A stretch of 54,672 bases of DNA, counting the filler, from Bipalium vagum (Eukaryota): the NCBI GenBank assembly GCA_037834085.1. It is 3 parts of 3 records of this genome, joined end to end, with 100 filler letters (N's around TTAATTAATTAA, not from the genome) between each part and the next. Parts side by side here need not be neighbours in the genome. Positions count along the whole stretch, not along the records: positions 18,233 to 38,409 come from JBBMKC010258544.1; positions 38,510 to 54,672 come from JBBMKC010124326.1; 1 more part is not named here. One strand, written 5' to 3'. Positions 25,781-45,292 of this stretch are shown piece by piece. Each line of letters begins with the position of its first letter. The first letter of the stretch is position 1. Below the pieces are notes generated by a model. The model saw only the letters and a list, made by a program, of their open reading frames with translations. It was not told the origin of the DNA and ran no database searches. The translations under genes were made by a program, and so were the position numbers.

Positions 25781-26466
25781 TATTATATATCTTTGCTTAT
25801 TTTGGTTCCAATATTCACAATTTTACCAGTAATTATTTTCATAAATGAATAATAAAAGCATCTTATCTTTTTTAGATAGAGTTGACATTTAAAAAGTGTT
25901 CTCAAAATCAAACAAAAAGTAGCTATTTAAAACAACATCTAACTCATTTGATGAAAATTGATAAAATTTAAAAATCAACATTTTTATAGTTTGGATGTAG
26001 TATAAATATACAAATTTTCTGTAAGGAGAGAAAAGATTTATATATAATATAATATAATATAAAAAATAAATATTTACTTTACTTATTGAGATCCAAACTG
26101 ATTTATATTACTATATTATTATTCTTACTTGAAATTCTATTTTAAATATGCACAATATTAAAGGTCTCTACTCATTTCATGCTTTTATATTTCAAGGTTT
26201 TATATTCTCATTTTGATTAACATTTTCCCTCAAAGTTTGTAATGGAATATTAAAAAAATTAAAATACATGTCTTGATTCATCAAAAGATATTTCAAAATC
26301 CGTTTACAAAATGGTCAAAATAATTTCCACACTGTAACCGTCAATTTTACATCTCTCAAAAGTCCAGATAACATAATATATGCAGATGATACTAAGATTT
26401 AACTATTTTGAAACAGAGGAATATATTTATATTTTTTAACAGGAGTTGCTTAGAATTTTTAAATTT

Positions 26467-32252
<5,786 letters not shown>

Positions 32253-32357
32253 CTCCTGCAACTGCAAAAGAGGGTTAGGAGAGAGATTCTCCGTTTTTTT
32301 AACAGTGCTTTTTTCATCTGATATATTTATTTCATATTATATTCATTAATTTAATAA

Positions 32358-34345
32358 TCAAATACCCTTAACATTCGTTTTTGTTAGCATTAAGCCCTCG
32401 AACAGAAATTGTTCATAGTTCTCCATAAAATATAATTCTAAAAACTTCAGCAATAAAGCTCGAAGATCCATAATGAATGTCAAATGCAATGAATTGAAAA
32501 GGTAATATTGTCGGAGAAACGGAGGCAGTATAACATTATTTCGACAATACGGCTTAATGAACATGAGGAATCGATGTTCGAATTCCGTTTTTGGATGACA
32601 TGAAAGATTTTTCAAGAAATTTTGGATTAAGTGGTCGATGTCCTAAGTTAAATCAAATAAGATAAAAATATAATCAGATAAAGACAACGAATTTCTCATA
32701 TTATAAAGGTCCACTTTAATATAATTATGTATATATAACATCTGTAAACGTTAACATTAAACTTTGTGAAATAAAATTTTTGGATAATAGCAAATGAGAA
32801 TATATGGATTTTTGTAACATCTTGAAGGAGGAATGCTCTAAATGTTACTTAGATTTTAAAATTAAAATAGAATATATTAGTATACACTGATCTTTAATTT
32901 GATGAAAATGCTCTTTAATTTAGATCATTTCAATAACAATTTTTATGTTTTAGTAATAAAATTTGTTACAAAAGTAACGGTCTGCGAAAGTATCACAGCT
33001 CTGAAACATTACAGACCAGAATCTTTACGAATTTTAATTTGATCTACTTTCATGAAATTATAGAAGAAATTTTTATCAAAATTTCTATTTCGTTGGAATA
33101 TCGTATAAATTTGTCTATATATGGCAGATCCTTGTTCGATGAAATGTTTTCCAGGTGACATGTGATTATAATAATAAAATTATTTGTTGTCAGTAATCTG
33201 TCAGTCAAGATTGGGAAATATCGAAAGAAAATAAAGCTGCAATACGTATTTGTATCTTGATAAGTGATAATCGGTAAGGTAATTTTACCATCAAAACATC
33301 ATAATTATCAGAATCTTCCTTTGATTTCGAATCAGGCATTGTCTGAAAAATTAACAATAGAAAATTATAATAAACATTCACAAATTATATATACATCGAT
33401 CAGAGAAGAGGCCATGAAAGACGAGTATGTCTTAGACTTTTTCGATTGATTGCTGACCACAGTGGAATTCCTATTCAATATCAGTTATTAATCTTTATTT
33501 TCCAGAAAGTTTTACGATAATTAATAATAAATTAATAGGTTTGAGTATTTTATAAAAAAGAAATAATTATAGAAAACAGTGTCTTTTTTATTTACTTTCG
33601 ACAAAATTAGCAAATATCAATGCATCTATAAACAATGGGGATGAATAAAGTAAACAGAACTCCATATCCAATTCTGAGTTGTTGGCAGTGGGAATGGTCA
33701 GATGAAAAAGCAAAAATATTTTAGTAAATATGCACAGAAAAACGATGTGATTTATCGGTGATTGTAAGTTTAGATTCAAAAAAATATGGATATTTTGTAA
33801 AATTTAAGTCAACATTTTCTGTTCTATTGGAATTCCTGGATTCGATTGATACTGAGAATAACTTACAAATCTGACGACTTCTCATAAGATTTATCAGTTT
33901 AACAGAAAAAAGAGATTGAGAGAAAATAACCATACTTTTGATGTGATTTTGGAAAAATCAATTTTTTAAAAAATTCATTTGATAAAAAAATGACAAATTG
34001 AATTTAAGAATTTTTCTTAAACACCTTTATTGATTGAAATCATTGATAAGTATTAACGGGAAATTTTCTGAATATTATAAACTAATAATACAACTATCTT
34101 ATAGATGATAATAATTATTAAATAGTGTACAGAAGTAATTATCAAGTTATTATAAGAACGAAACAATTATCAAATAGATACCTTAACAATTTCGATTTCC
34201 GACCAAAACGATGCCAAACTTTGAGATTCATTTTTTTCTCTTTGACTTTCTAACTTTTCCAATTCTGTCCGAACCATTTCTGCGTGAAAATTGACCAATC
34301 GAAACTGATTTAAGACGACTAATGGAAATGAAGATTTGGCCGTAT
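32358..34345 (-). CDS. Candidate exons of an unidentified gene, or an N-terminal extension of PRDM14
   Basis: Open, GC-elevated segments bounded by splice signals. 34345-34182 reads TAKSSFPLVV...SFWSEIEIVK followed by GT; 32642-32358 follows an AG and reads DIDHLIQNFL...NVKGI*. Further small exon-like pieces lie at ~33290-33470 and ~33600-33930. No family recognised and the full structure is unresolved. Confidence 0.45.
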
Positions 34346-35104
34346 CTAAATTTTATTGGTCAATTCTGAAATTCAAAAAGGTTAGTTTAAATTGAAATCA
34401 TTGTTTTTGATTGATTAAATATATATGACCACTTTTGTTAATTTCATTATTAAAAATATCGAAAATTTTTTCACGTGGAATAATAAAATTTATCTTAGTA
34501 ATAATTCTTAAAAGTTAACTATATTTCTGGTTAACCTATTTATAAATCTTAGTTTTAATATTCACTATGATGCGACGCAAATGGAACCAAAGGAAAAATT
34601 TAAGATTGCATGTCAAGAAATAAAAAAGGTTACAGGTTTTGAAGGCTTTTATTATGAAAGTACTAGACTAATATCTACTCATTAAAACAATTAAAAGTGC
34701 TTACGTCTTAATATAAATAAAAACCAAATTAGTTAGTTCTTTAATTTTAACCATCCTTTTGATAAAAAGAAAAGTAAATTATTAAGAATTATGGAATGAT
34801 TATGAAGTTAAGTTTATATTGGATAAGTACAGCTTCAAAAATATTTATTTAATTTAAAATCAAGTACACCAAATCTTTTGATTTTAACATAAAATATATG
34901 ATATACACTGATTATAATTGTTTTCACATATGTTGCTTAATCTCTGAACGAATATCGATTTCATATATTAAAAATGTGTAAAGACTTTAAATATAAATCG
35001 TTAAGTAATTCTTAGGCCTTATTACTTATTTTATAGTTTGTTTAAATAACTTGTAAGAACTTATCGCTTTTTTAAACCTATAAATTTATTCTTCAAGTTC
35101 GAAT

Positions 35105-35445
35105 CATGAAAAGTAGGTTGAACTTGAAGCAGCGAAAATTTATTATCACAAGTATTACAAGTTTGAAAACATAAAGGAGGTACAGACCCTGTTCAAGAAA
35201 GAATTTCAAATAAATCCTCCAACCAGACTGACAATCAGTCGAATAAAAGATAAATTCGAAAAAGATGGAACTAGTAATAATGTCAACAAGAACGTTCTGG
35301 AAGACGGGGAATATTGACAAGTCCCATAAAGGAAGAACTTCGTTGTTGTAGAACTTGTAAGCGCTGCCATATGAAATGCTACATACCGAGGTTATTTCAC
35401 AGTATCAATGAAAATGATCCAGATCGAGGAATGGTATTTGGGATA
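35105..35445 (+). mobile_element. DD37D/maT-like (DUF4817-type) transposase N-terminal remnant, interrupted by a mariner
   Basis: YYKFENIKEVQTLFKKEFQINPPTRLTISRIKDKFEKDGT. A TIR-like end (TTTTTGAGACACCCAG|TA) appears at ~36635-36652, just beyond the mariner. Confidence 0.65.
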
Positions 35446-35453
35446 TATAATTA

Positions 35454-36613
35454 TTGGGTTGATTCATAAGTTCGTGCGTTTTTCTATCTAAACTTTAAAA
35501 GCAAATTTTAAATATATTATTTGTTTAAATATTAACAAGTTGAGCATCATTTCAAAGCTGAGAAAGAGACGTGTAAGATACTTTTAATTATATTATGTTA
35601 TATGTAGTTTGTGTACATATATATATTTATTCAGAAAAAAATAAATTAACAATACAGATACTATGAAACATTACTGGAAGCAGAATTTCAGAGCCGCAGA
35701 TGAAGCAAAGAAAATATGTGAAGTTGAAGGAGACAAATCAGTGTCCATAAGAACTGCTCAAAAGTCGTTCAAACAATTCAACAAGGGTGACATGGACCTC
35801 AATGATTATCCTCGCAGTGGACGTTCTACCACTGTAGATTTGGAAGCTATTCTCAAAGCCGTTGAAAAGAATCCATCAAATATTACGCGTAGATTGTCAG
35901 CTGAGATCGGAACATCACAACCATCCGTGGTTCGTCATCTACATCAACATAACAAATAATAAAGGCGCGTTTCTGACGTACCGCATGATTTGACTCCAAG
36001 TCAAGCTGAACGAGGCCAGAAGACCAAGGCTGTTTCAAAACAAGATAGGTTCGGAAAAAGATCATGTTGTGCATGTGGTCGAACTTTGAGGGGATTATAC
36101 ACTTCGAAGTACTTCCAGGTGGCCAAACCATTACTGCTGAATTATATTCTGCTCAACTAGATCAGATGTACCAGCAATTAGCCATAAAATATCCTGCTTT
36201 AGTCAACAGAAAGCGGGTGCTTCTGCAACAGGATAATGCTAGTCCACATACTGCGCGAGTAACCAAAAATAAAATTAACCAATTAAAAGGAATTGAAATT
36301 TTACCACACCCTGCATTCAGTTCAGATCTAGTGCCCAGCGATTACCACTTTTACCAATCAATGGCTCATTTCCTTAGAGGACGAAAGATTGAGAATATGG
36401 AACAGGTTGAAAATGGATGTCATGAAATTTTCCTTTCCAAAGATATACCATGGTATCGGATGGCACCGAGCAACTTGATTATCGTTGGATTAAGACAGTT
36501 GAACATAATGGTCTTTATTTTTCTGAATAAAATTTGTTTGATTGCTAGATTCTTATCTCTAAAACATGCACAATATTTTCATTAAAAGCGCACGAACTTA
36601 GGAATCAACCAAA
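35454..36613 (+). mobile_element. Comparatively young mariner with an internal deletion (1160 bp)
   Basis: TA-flanked TIRs TTGGGTTGATTCATAAGTTCGTGCGTTTT / AAAAGCGCACGAACTTAGGAATCAACCAAA. ORFs contain RSGRS, MLCMWSNFEG, QQDNASPH and HPAFSSDLVPSDYHF. The segment carrying the first catalytic Asp (TGDEKW) is missing near 36020. Confidence 0.93.
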
Positions 36614-38409
36614 TATTTTAGGTTTGTATACATATTTTTGAGACACCCAGTATATTTTTGGTAATATTTATTAAATTTTATGGATTACCATTTCAGATTT
36701 AAGTAAACTTTCTGAAAACTCCGGAAAACATTCTCTGTTACGAGAAAGAAAAATATGTGAATCAAAAATAATCAAAAAATGTAAACCGGAAATTATCCAA
36801 TTGATGATCAATGTTCTTTTTAATTAGGTTTTCTTTTAACGTGTAAGATTATAATTAAATTTTTAATATAAAAAATAATTTGTTTAAAGATTTAAAGAAT
36901 ATATTTTTAAAAAATAATTTTCTAAAGGAAAATTAAAATTTTTTTTATTCATTAATAATGAAAAATGGTAAAAAACATGATTGTAATATTATTTGAGGAT
37001 AATTTGGTTGTAGAAGATCCGAATGAAAAAGATCTAAACATATTTCCTAATAGTATTATAATAAATACAATTTATATGTTCATCAATTTTTGTTAAAATG
37101 TGTATATTTGAATAATATATATACTTTTTCAAGGACACGTTTTTTATCAATGGAGAACTATATTTATTTAAACATTTATAATGTTTCAAAATATTATGAA
37201 TTTATTTATTTAATGAATTTGAAATTGAGTAAAATGAGTCAGAAAAAGTTGATAGGTTCGAAATGTTAATAATATATTAAATATTAAAATAAAGTTTGTT
37301 ATTATATTCAAATATTCTATGAAAGATCAAAAGAAAATATAAATACCTATCAAGAGAACGTCTATTATAAGTTGAACTACCAGATACGATCTCAATGATA
37401 ACTTTATTTATCATTGAGATCTCGAGCTCATTTTACGCAGTCTACACAATACGGAAGCTTTAGAAAACAAGAAAATATTATTATTCTCAAAAGATGAACA
37501 TAAAATAATTAATATTGGTAGTCATTAATACAGTTACATACAATGCAAAAGACCCGGAATTAAAAAAGAATTATCATTTGATTCTGAAATTGTTAAAACA
37601 AAGTAGTGAAAGGTTTCGTAAACACATAGAAGTAATAATAAATAATAAAATCATATTTTTTATTTGTATTGATTCTTGGTCAATAATAGACTTCTACACG
37701 AATAGATTATATCGCCTCTGCACAACCTTCATTTTCCATGCTGATTATTAATTTGAACAAATTAAATGTGTTAGAAAATCAATTTTTCTAGTGAATTTAA
37801 TCCCTTCTAATTCGCGGTCATCCGGTAATCATCGACCGGATCATAGTTTTATCACACGATTTGTCAACTAGTAATTAACCCCACTTGGAAGATTGCGTGT
37901 TCGACAAACATGCAACTGTACCTCAGAAATTTAACTGAATCCCAGATATTAATTACTCAAAGCTTAATTAGATTTATCCTTCTAGCTTTGGCAACAACAC
38001 CTCCTTTGTAAGGAGTTTTGTTAATTGAGTTAGTCCATTGTAATTCGCAATATTTGGATCACGGACTTGATCGGCAAGTCAAGACGTTTTCTTGTAATTG
38101 ACATATAATTGTTTCTCTTTCGCTCCCTCTGAGACACTGGTGTTACATTAATCATCTTCGGATAACTTTTTTGTCGCACAAATTGGAGTGTTATCAATTA
38201 TTTATTCCACATTATTCAACAATACTTTCTTATTCTTCACACCTATTAAGACAATCAAGGAAATTTCAGCATATTAAAATCATTATCAGTAATTATTAAT
38301 ATGCTCGATCAAAAAATAATTGTAATTTATGTCAATCCTGTAGTTATTTATTGATAATACCTTTAGTATAAAATAGTGAATTTTGCTAGTTTAATATTAA
38401 TATTGATAA

Positions 38410-38509
38410 NNNNNNNNNNNNNNNNNNNNNNNNNNNNNNNNNNNNNNNNNNNNTTAATTAATTAANNNNNNNNNNNNNNNNNNNNNNNNNNNNNNNNNNN
38501 NNNNNNNNN
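38410..38509. other. Assembly gap with artificial TTAATTAATTAA linker
   Basis: 44 N + 12-nt linker + 44 N. Confidence 0.95.
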
Positions 38510-39548
38510 GCTAAGTAGGGCGGTGAAATATATTTGTTTTTCTTTACTGAGGACCTCTGAGCCTAAGAGCGAGAGGATTTTTATAATTAATAAATACAAT
38601 TAATAAAATCAATCTAATCGGTCAGAATTGTTATCACTCATTGTAATTATAATAATAATTTTGATATTAATTCAAATAAAAGTATTAAACTGAAAATCGT
38701 TTTCTTAGTTTGTTTAATTAATCGAATACAACAGAAAGCAACCTTCAACCGTTGAATCCTAAGACGCATTTTTGCTCCAACCTTTAACATCTTTTTGTCC
38801 ATCAACTTAGGATCTTAACAAACTTTATATTTTTAATTACAATTTCAATATAAGATAGAACCAGGAGAACGTTAGCTTAAGATAAGATAGATCACCCTTC
38901 GGTAACTACTCTCAAAAGCCCTAAGATAAAAATTGTTTTTCTGTCCTACTTGACGTGAAAAACGCAAAAAAACTACGAAAAAAAGAATAAATATATTTGA
39001 TCTTAGAGTATTGGAGTCGATAATCCAATCCATATTATTTATTTAATTTGATTTAATTGATTATAAACTGCTAATTAGTAGTCGATGCAGAGTTTTCTAA
39101 TCAAATATTTTATAAAAATTATTATTTAGTCAGTTCATCTACAACCAGTGTGAAACCAAATGTTTATTATTAAATTTACAATGCCATCCATATGTTTGGA
39201 GCCACCCCTGTAATTTACATAAAATGATGGAAATATATAATTATACTTACTTTAATTTAGTTTATATTTAAATATATGGAAAAATATGTTAAAGAACATG
39301 TTTCCTCAAAAAAAAAATTTTTTTTTTAATTTTTCAATAGTAGAAAAATTGAATTTTTCAAAAACATGATTTTCTTAGTCATTTTGAATACAAGATTATA
39401 AGACAAAGAAACAATAAATTAATAAAATAATAGATATTTTTCTTAAAAATAATAATCAATTTTATTTCTTTATTGTTGTTAAACTCATTTATAACATTAT
39501 CCAATTTATGTTTTTCTGGTTTATAATAATAATAATCAAAATTAGGAG

Positions 39549-40327
39549 TGTTGGGGGTCGACTACCGTCTTATAAGTTTAAGGAAATAAAATTTTGGCGA
39601 AAAATAAAATTTAAATAATACGATGGCTAATTTTAAATTACTTATTTAAGTTATTAATTATTAATTTAAAATTAATTAAATAAATTTTAAAAATTAAATT
39701 TTAAATATTATTTTAGAATTAACTACTGATTTCCTATCAGTAGCATGTATTTCTAAAATTATAATTTTAAAAAATAATTAGAAATTAATTTTATTTTTAG
39801 TAATATTTAAATTTAGAAAGTACGTCATGATTGACAGCTTAACTGACCAATCAGAGACGCTAAAACGAACATTAAAATAGTATATAGGCCAGCGAAAAAT
39901 ATTTTTTTCGCCCAAAAAGTTGCCTAATAAAACAGGTTTTTAATTAGAGGGTGTTTGAGATTGTGTAAAAGACTGCCTGAGCTGTTTGCTGATTTAGTGT
40001 GACTGCCGAATGTTGCAGTTTGTTTTGATTAAGAAGAATCTTATCCTAATTTTATTAAATACAATTTTAGAGTAGTGTTTTTTGTGTTTTCGTTAGAGAG
40101 TGAGATAACGAGCTCTTTAGATAGTCTAATATCAACCTCGGCGTAAGCCAGGTGAGCTTGTTAAGAGTTGCGGTTTTATATTTTATTTTTTACTTTTCGA
40201 TTTTTATGAACACTTGATATTACTTCCTTATTCATTGTTCTATTAATAATAAATAATAATATGTTTTTTTTCTTTAATATTTAAATTCTAATCCACACTC
40301 CAAACTCAATCCCGGGGGAAAATAACA
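39549..40327 (+). mobile_element. Possible solo LTR
   Basis: Begins TGTT and ends AACA. Contains a CCAAT box (~39846), TATATA (~39881) and AATAAA. No target-site duplication found. Confidence 0.3.
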
Positions 40328-40823
40328 ATAACATAAATCAATATCATATTATTCTAAACATTTCTCTCTTATATTTTCCATAAAACCAGCTAATATTAAA
40401 ATATCTAATTTCAAGTTTTTAAAGTATATTCTTATAAGTTCATCAAAAGTAATCACTGATGATCAGTTAAAAATATGGTAGTTAAATATGTTTGTTTTAA
40501 TTAAAAATAGTTCAAAATATAATAAAAGTAAGCAAAAATATAAACGTCTACTTTATAAATTATACTAAAAATACTACTAAAAATACTAAAAAAAACATTT
40601 TAAAAAAGTAAAAATTAGAAAAATCTTTAAAATAATTGGAAAATATTTAAGATTGGTAAAATTTTGAAGTTTTTAAATTTTTGAACTTGGGAAAATTTGA
40701 TCTTCCATTTTTGGGTTTGTCTAAATATATTAAAAAAATAATTAAAATTAAAATTCATTTGAATAACAGTTACTTTTATAAAATTTATTAATTTAAAATT
40801 CATTTTTTAATATAGAAAGTATA

Positions 40824-42606
40824 CACCGTCTTAACCTCTATTTTGAAAACGTTAAGGTTATTTTTGACATCGAAAAAGTCTTTTTTGACAAAATTTTATT
40901 ACAACAGGTATATATGTTCATAACGTAAAAAATCAAAAATTCAAACAGAAAAACATTCATTCATCAATAATTTCCTTGTTCAAACATCTTGGAATGTACG
41001 AAGCCATACTGCGATAAAAACCGGTGTTATCTTCATTTGTAATAACCCTTGATCCATTTTAATCATTAAGTTCCATTAAGACTTCTTCATTTTTTGGTCG
41101 CTTTCCTCGTACAAATTCCTTCCATTTTGAAAATAAATTTTCAAAGGGGCTTTAAAAAGGTGAGTTTAAAATAATAAACTGAAATCGTTTCCCTCTATCA
41201 ATTTCCTTATTTTTGAAGTTTTATGGAAAGGAACATTTCCATTATTAAAACCAATTTCGTAAACATATTTTTTTAAAGCAAAGCTATTAGTTTTTCTATA
41301 TATTCAAAAAAGAGTCACTATTAAAAGGACGAGTTTGAGCAGCATAATAAAATAAAGATTGCCTATTTATTGCACAGCAAACAGATATGTTTCTTGATCT
41401 TAAAGATTAGACAATCTGAATAAGTTTTTTTCCTTTAAGAGATTGACCTCTCTTAGCAAACAAAGGGGTATGGTTTTGTACTCCCATTTTCTCCTCACTC
41501 ATTCACATGTGTACCTCCCGGCACACACATTCATTCATTGGTCAAAAAACGTGTTTACATACCCCACTCCTTTGTGTCATATAAATAAAAAAAAATAAAT
41601 AAAAAAATAAGTAAAAAAAATAAATTAAAAATTAAAAACTCAATTTTCTTATTTTTTCTTTTTAAAAATGCCAAACCGAAACACAGTAAATTCAATCATC
41701 AATCTCGATGAATGGAAAGCTATCGATAATATTTTACCTTTTGAAAAATTTCCTTTTCCTTTATTTCATGATGATTATAATCTAAGATTTCTAAGTTTTG
41801 ATGGTAATAAAAAAAATTATTTAAATTCTCATTATTATAAAAAAAATTGGGAACAGTTTATCAATTTAAAATTTCTTCGAAAGATATTACAGAAATAACT
41901 ATTACTAATTGTTTAAATCTTATTTTAGAAACCATTACAAATAATAATAATAATTATAATGTTAAACTAACACCTTTACATTCTTTAATTTATTCAGGAC
42001 ATAGTTGTTATCCTTTATGTAAAAAAGGAGAAGTAGATTAGAAAAAATGTTTCAATTAAAACAAACACTAAATATTGAAGATGTAACTTTTGAATTTTTA
42101 ACTATACCAATACCAGTTGGTGAACATGATAATAGAATAAGATGTATTAGAAGAGGTGATTCAATTCAAGAAGAATGGGCAAGAAAATTACATAATATGA
42201 CTCTGGTAGAAATAAAAGAAAACGATAATAACATCATTTTTGTTGTTCAGCCTATAATTTTTTTGGCCTTGAGTATTATAATTCTTGACTATTTTGTGTA
42301 CTGTGGTTCGTTTGACATTTAACAATTCTGAAATAGTTGAAATTAATTTCCCTACCATGTATGAATCAACAACTCTTTTTCTATCTTCGTTTGATGTATC
42401 CTTATTTTTTATCTTTAAACCTGTAGTAAATGTACATGACAATATATTTCCTCCGTAATTTTTAATTTTTTACAATTAGTAATTTTTATAGTTTGTAATT
42501 TGAAAATAATATAAATAAACAAAAATGAAATTTAAACAAAGTCAAAATTAAACTTGACATTGTCAAAATAGTCCTATACAATATCAAAATAGAGGTGAAA
42601 ACGGTG
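40824..42606 (-). mobile_element. IS630/Tc1-like element whose central part is replaced by foreign sequence
   Basis: TIRs CACCGTCTTAACCTCTATTTTGA / TCAAAATAGAGGTGAAAACGGTG. N-terminal HTH TSNEDRKRVVDSY...LNVKRTTVHKIVK (42240-42440). C-terminal part RGQSLKGK...RSRNISVCCAI...PFN (40930-41455). Confidence 0.85.
41668..42230 (+). pseudogene. Disrupted ORF of unknown origin inserted in the Tc1-like element
   Basis: Three consecutive ORF pieces are joined by one frameshift (~41890) and one in-frame stop (42039-42041). They are preceded by TATAAATA and an A-rich leader and run antisense to the transposase. Confidence 0.5.
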
Positions 42607-43228
42607 TGATATGATCCGTTAAATGAACCAAATATATTTAATTTTATTTCATAAAGAAAATTAGATTGAAATTTTAATTGAGAAGAACTTTATACACATT
42701 CTCTATTCTTGTCGAGCTACCCAAAATAAACTAATATGCAATAACACTTGTGTTCATTTAGATACCACTCAAAAACTCTGACAAAATCAGGCTGCATAAG
42801 AAAAGATTATTTTTTAAAGATTTAACCTTGTCTTTTGCAAAGAATCTTCGAACAAAAAATATAAATCAAATATATCTTTTTAATGTTTTTTACGAGTGAA
42901 GCGAGGAGAAATTTATTTAAAATGTTTTTTTACTTTTAATAATAAATGAAGTAATTCATAGATAATTTTATTTTAATTTCACAAATTATAATATGCTTAA
43001 ATATTTTAACATTTATAAATTTGATAGTAACCTAGTCATTCAAATAATTACCGAAGCCATTAAAAATTTTTAATCATTAAAATGTGAAGTATTACCATGA
43101 CACTGTGAGATTAAATATAGAACAAAAGACTTTTTATAAATATAAAATAATTTCATAAATAACGATTTTGTTTAAATATATGGCAAACAAGGTCGTGCAA
43201 ATACAAATTTAATCAAGTAATTTTTAAA

Positions 43229-43666
43229 ATGAAATGCCGCCGTAAATGTTCTTTAAGGCTTATATTTATTTCAATCGGAGGATTCTTTCTGTATATTTTG
43301 GCCAAACAATTAGATAATTTAATATCTCAACTTAACAATCTTTATGTTAATCAGCATTTCAACACATATGACAATTCTATAAAAAGCCGGAATCTGTTTA
43401 ACGAGGTTCCTTTCATTTATTATAAACGATCCAATATTCCGAGTGTAAAACTTATTGATCGACGCTTGACAAAATCACAATTGTCTGATATTTTATTTCA
43501 AGTTCAAGGTAATTTCACATTGCCTTCCTTGGAAAGTCTTTATCAAGAAAGCCTCAATCTTCCACGAAATATTTCTGTTCTTCCAATTTTCCCATTTGAA
43601 AGTAAATCAGAATATGATGACAGAATTTGGAATCAAATGCGATATGTTCCGGAACATTCGCAAAAG
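43229..43666 (+). CDS. First coding exon of a type II Golgi membrane protein, probably alpha-1,3-fucosyltransferase (GT10, FucTA-like)
   Basis: Short basic tail MKCRRK, then one TM segment and a stem ending FPFE...DDRIWNQMRYVP, like the DRIxNQLMYVP stem motif of invertebrate FucTA. Phase-0 donor AAG|GTGAAT at 43666/43667. Catalytic exons were not located. Confidence 0.65.
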
Positions 43667-43984
43667 GTGAATTTTTTATTGACGAAGATGGTGAAAATAA
43701 TTTTATATTATTATATTTACTCAAAATTGAATAAAATTTATCGTTTTCGATTAGTTCGTGATCTTTATGAAATATTAATTGTTAATTAATCACTAAAAGT
43801 TTATTGATTACAAATGTTATTGATGTTCGATTGGTTATTATTAATTAATTATATTCATAAATTATTATTGAACAATCATGATATATCATTTTTTACAAGA
43901 TTAATTAAATGATATTTTATCATATCCGTGTCAATTTTTTTTACTTATCGAATAATGGTTCATTATAAAGAAGATCTACTTTTA

Positions 43985-44680
43985 TTAGATTGAGGTAAAA
44001 GCATTATCGCTTTTCTATACACAAACTTTTCAGGAAAAATATTAATATTTTCATAATTATTGATATATAATATTAAGATATGTAAGCCGCTACTTTATTG
44101 TATTACATTTGAGAGATATTTGGCGTTAACAATACCTCGAAAAATTGAAAAGTCAAGAAGCTACAAAAATGAGTCCCACATCAATTAAGATAAAATTGCA
44201 AACTTAGCGTTTACATAGTTGGTTTTCTTTATTGCTAAGAAACAGAAATGAGGCTCTAATTAAAAGATTGATTACCTGTGACGAGAAATGAATATATTTT
44301 GACAAAACCACACATTCCAATGTATTTAGACTAAGATTATAAGCCAAGCACAGTTTCAAAGCTGATGAACTGGCTTACAAAACTTTACTTCACTCACTAT
44401 ACTCTCCATAAATATTTCTCTCAAATTATCATCTAATCCACTTGATAAACTCTTACGAAAAAATTTTTTTAAAAATCAAGATGAAGCTCAAAACGAATTT
44501 TTTTCTTTTATCGAATTTTGTGATTCGTTAATTTTTACAGATTGTATTAATAAACTCTTAGAACGTTGGCAAAGTGTCGTTGCTAGCAATGATGATCATT
44601 TTAATTAATTGAGATTTTAATAGTTAATTGTCGACTTTTGATGTGATATAAAAAGGCGGCAATACTTTTACCTCAACCAT
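43985..44680 (+). mobile_element. Internally deleted mariner
   Basis: TIR pair GATTGAGGTAAAAGCATTATCGC / GCGGCAATACTTTTACCTCAACC. Remnants LITCDEK*IYFD, HSLYSP and CINKLLERWQSVV. Confidence 0.75.
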
Positions 44681-45292
44681 TTCTTTAAAGATTTACAGGT
44701 GATGAATAAACTACACGTTACTTGAATATATTTCAAATTCTAATACATTTATATTATGCATAAAATGAAAGATTGCTTTTTTAACCGAAGATATACAAAA
44801 TCATTGAACTGTAATAACTTTTACTGATTAAAATATAAAGAGGAAACTTTTTCTGATCAGGATCTTTAAAAAATTTAAATTATAATTTTATGTTGACAAA
44901 TATTATGATATGCAAAGTTCATTAAATAAAATTAATTTAGTCGAAATTCCGAATACAATAACAAAATTTAGATCGAATATATTTGTGACAATCAATAATT
45001 TAAATTAAATTATTATTAAATTTTCTTTTATTTCTCAACTTTATATGTATTTTGTAATTAAAAAAACAATTTTCTACAATCTCTAAAATTTTTGAAGTTT
45101 AATATACTTTGACTGAAAATTTTTTAACTATTAATCTAGTGAACAATAATTTTTTACTTTTTAAGTACACGCATTTAAAAACATTTTCGAACACGTAAAA
45201 TTTTATTTATACTACTATCTTGAAACATGTTTCGATCTCTTCTTTCAGATCTTCTTCAGTCAATTTTATTCTTCTTCGATGTCTACATATAT

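Noticed and set aside
37790-39050. Higher-complexity sequence flanking the second gap, possibly LTR or retroelement derived
   Set aside because: No terminal repeat pair, primer-binding site or coding motif could be identified.
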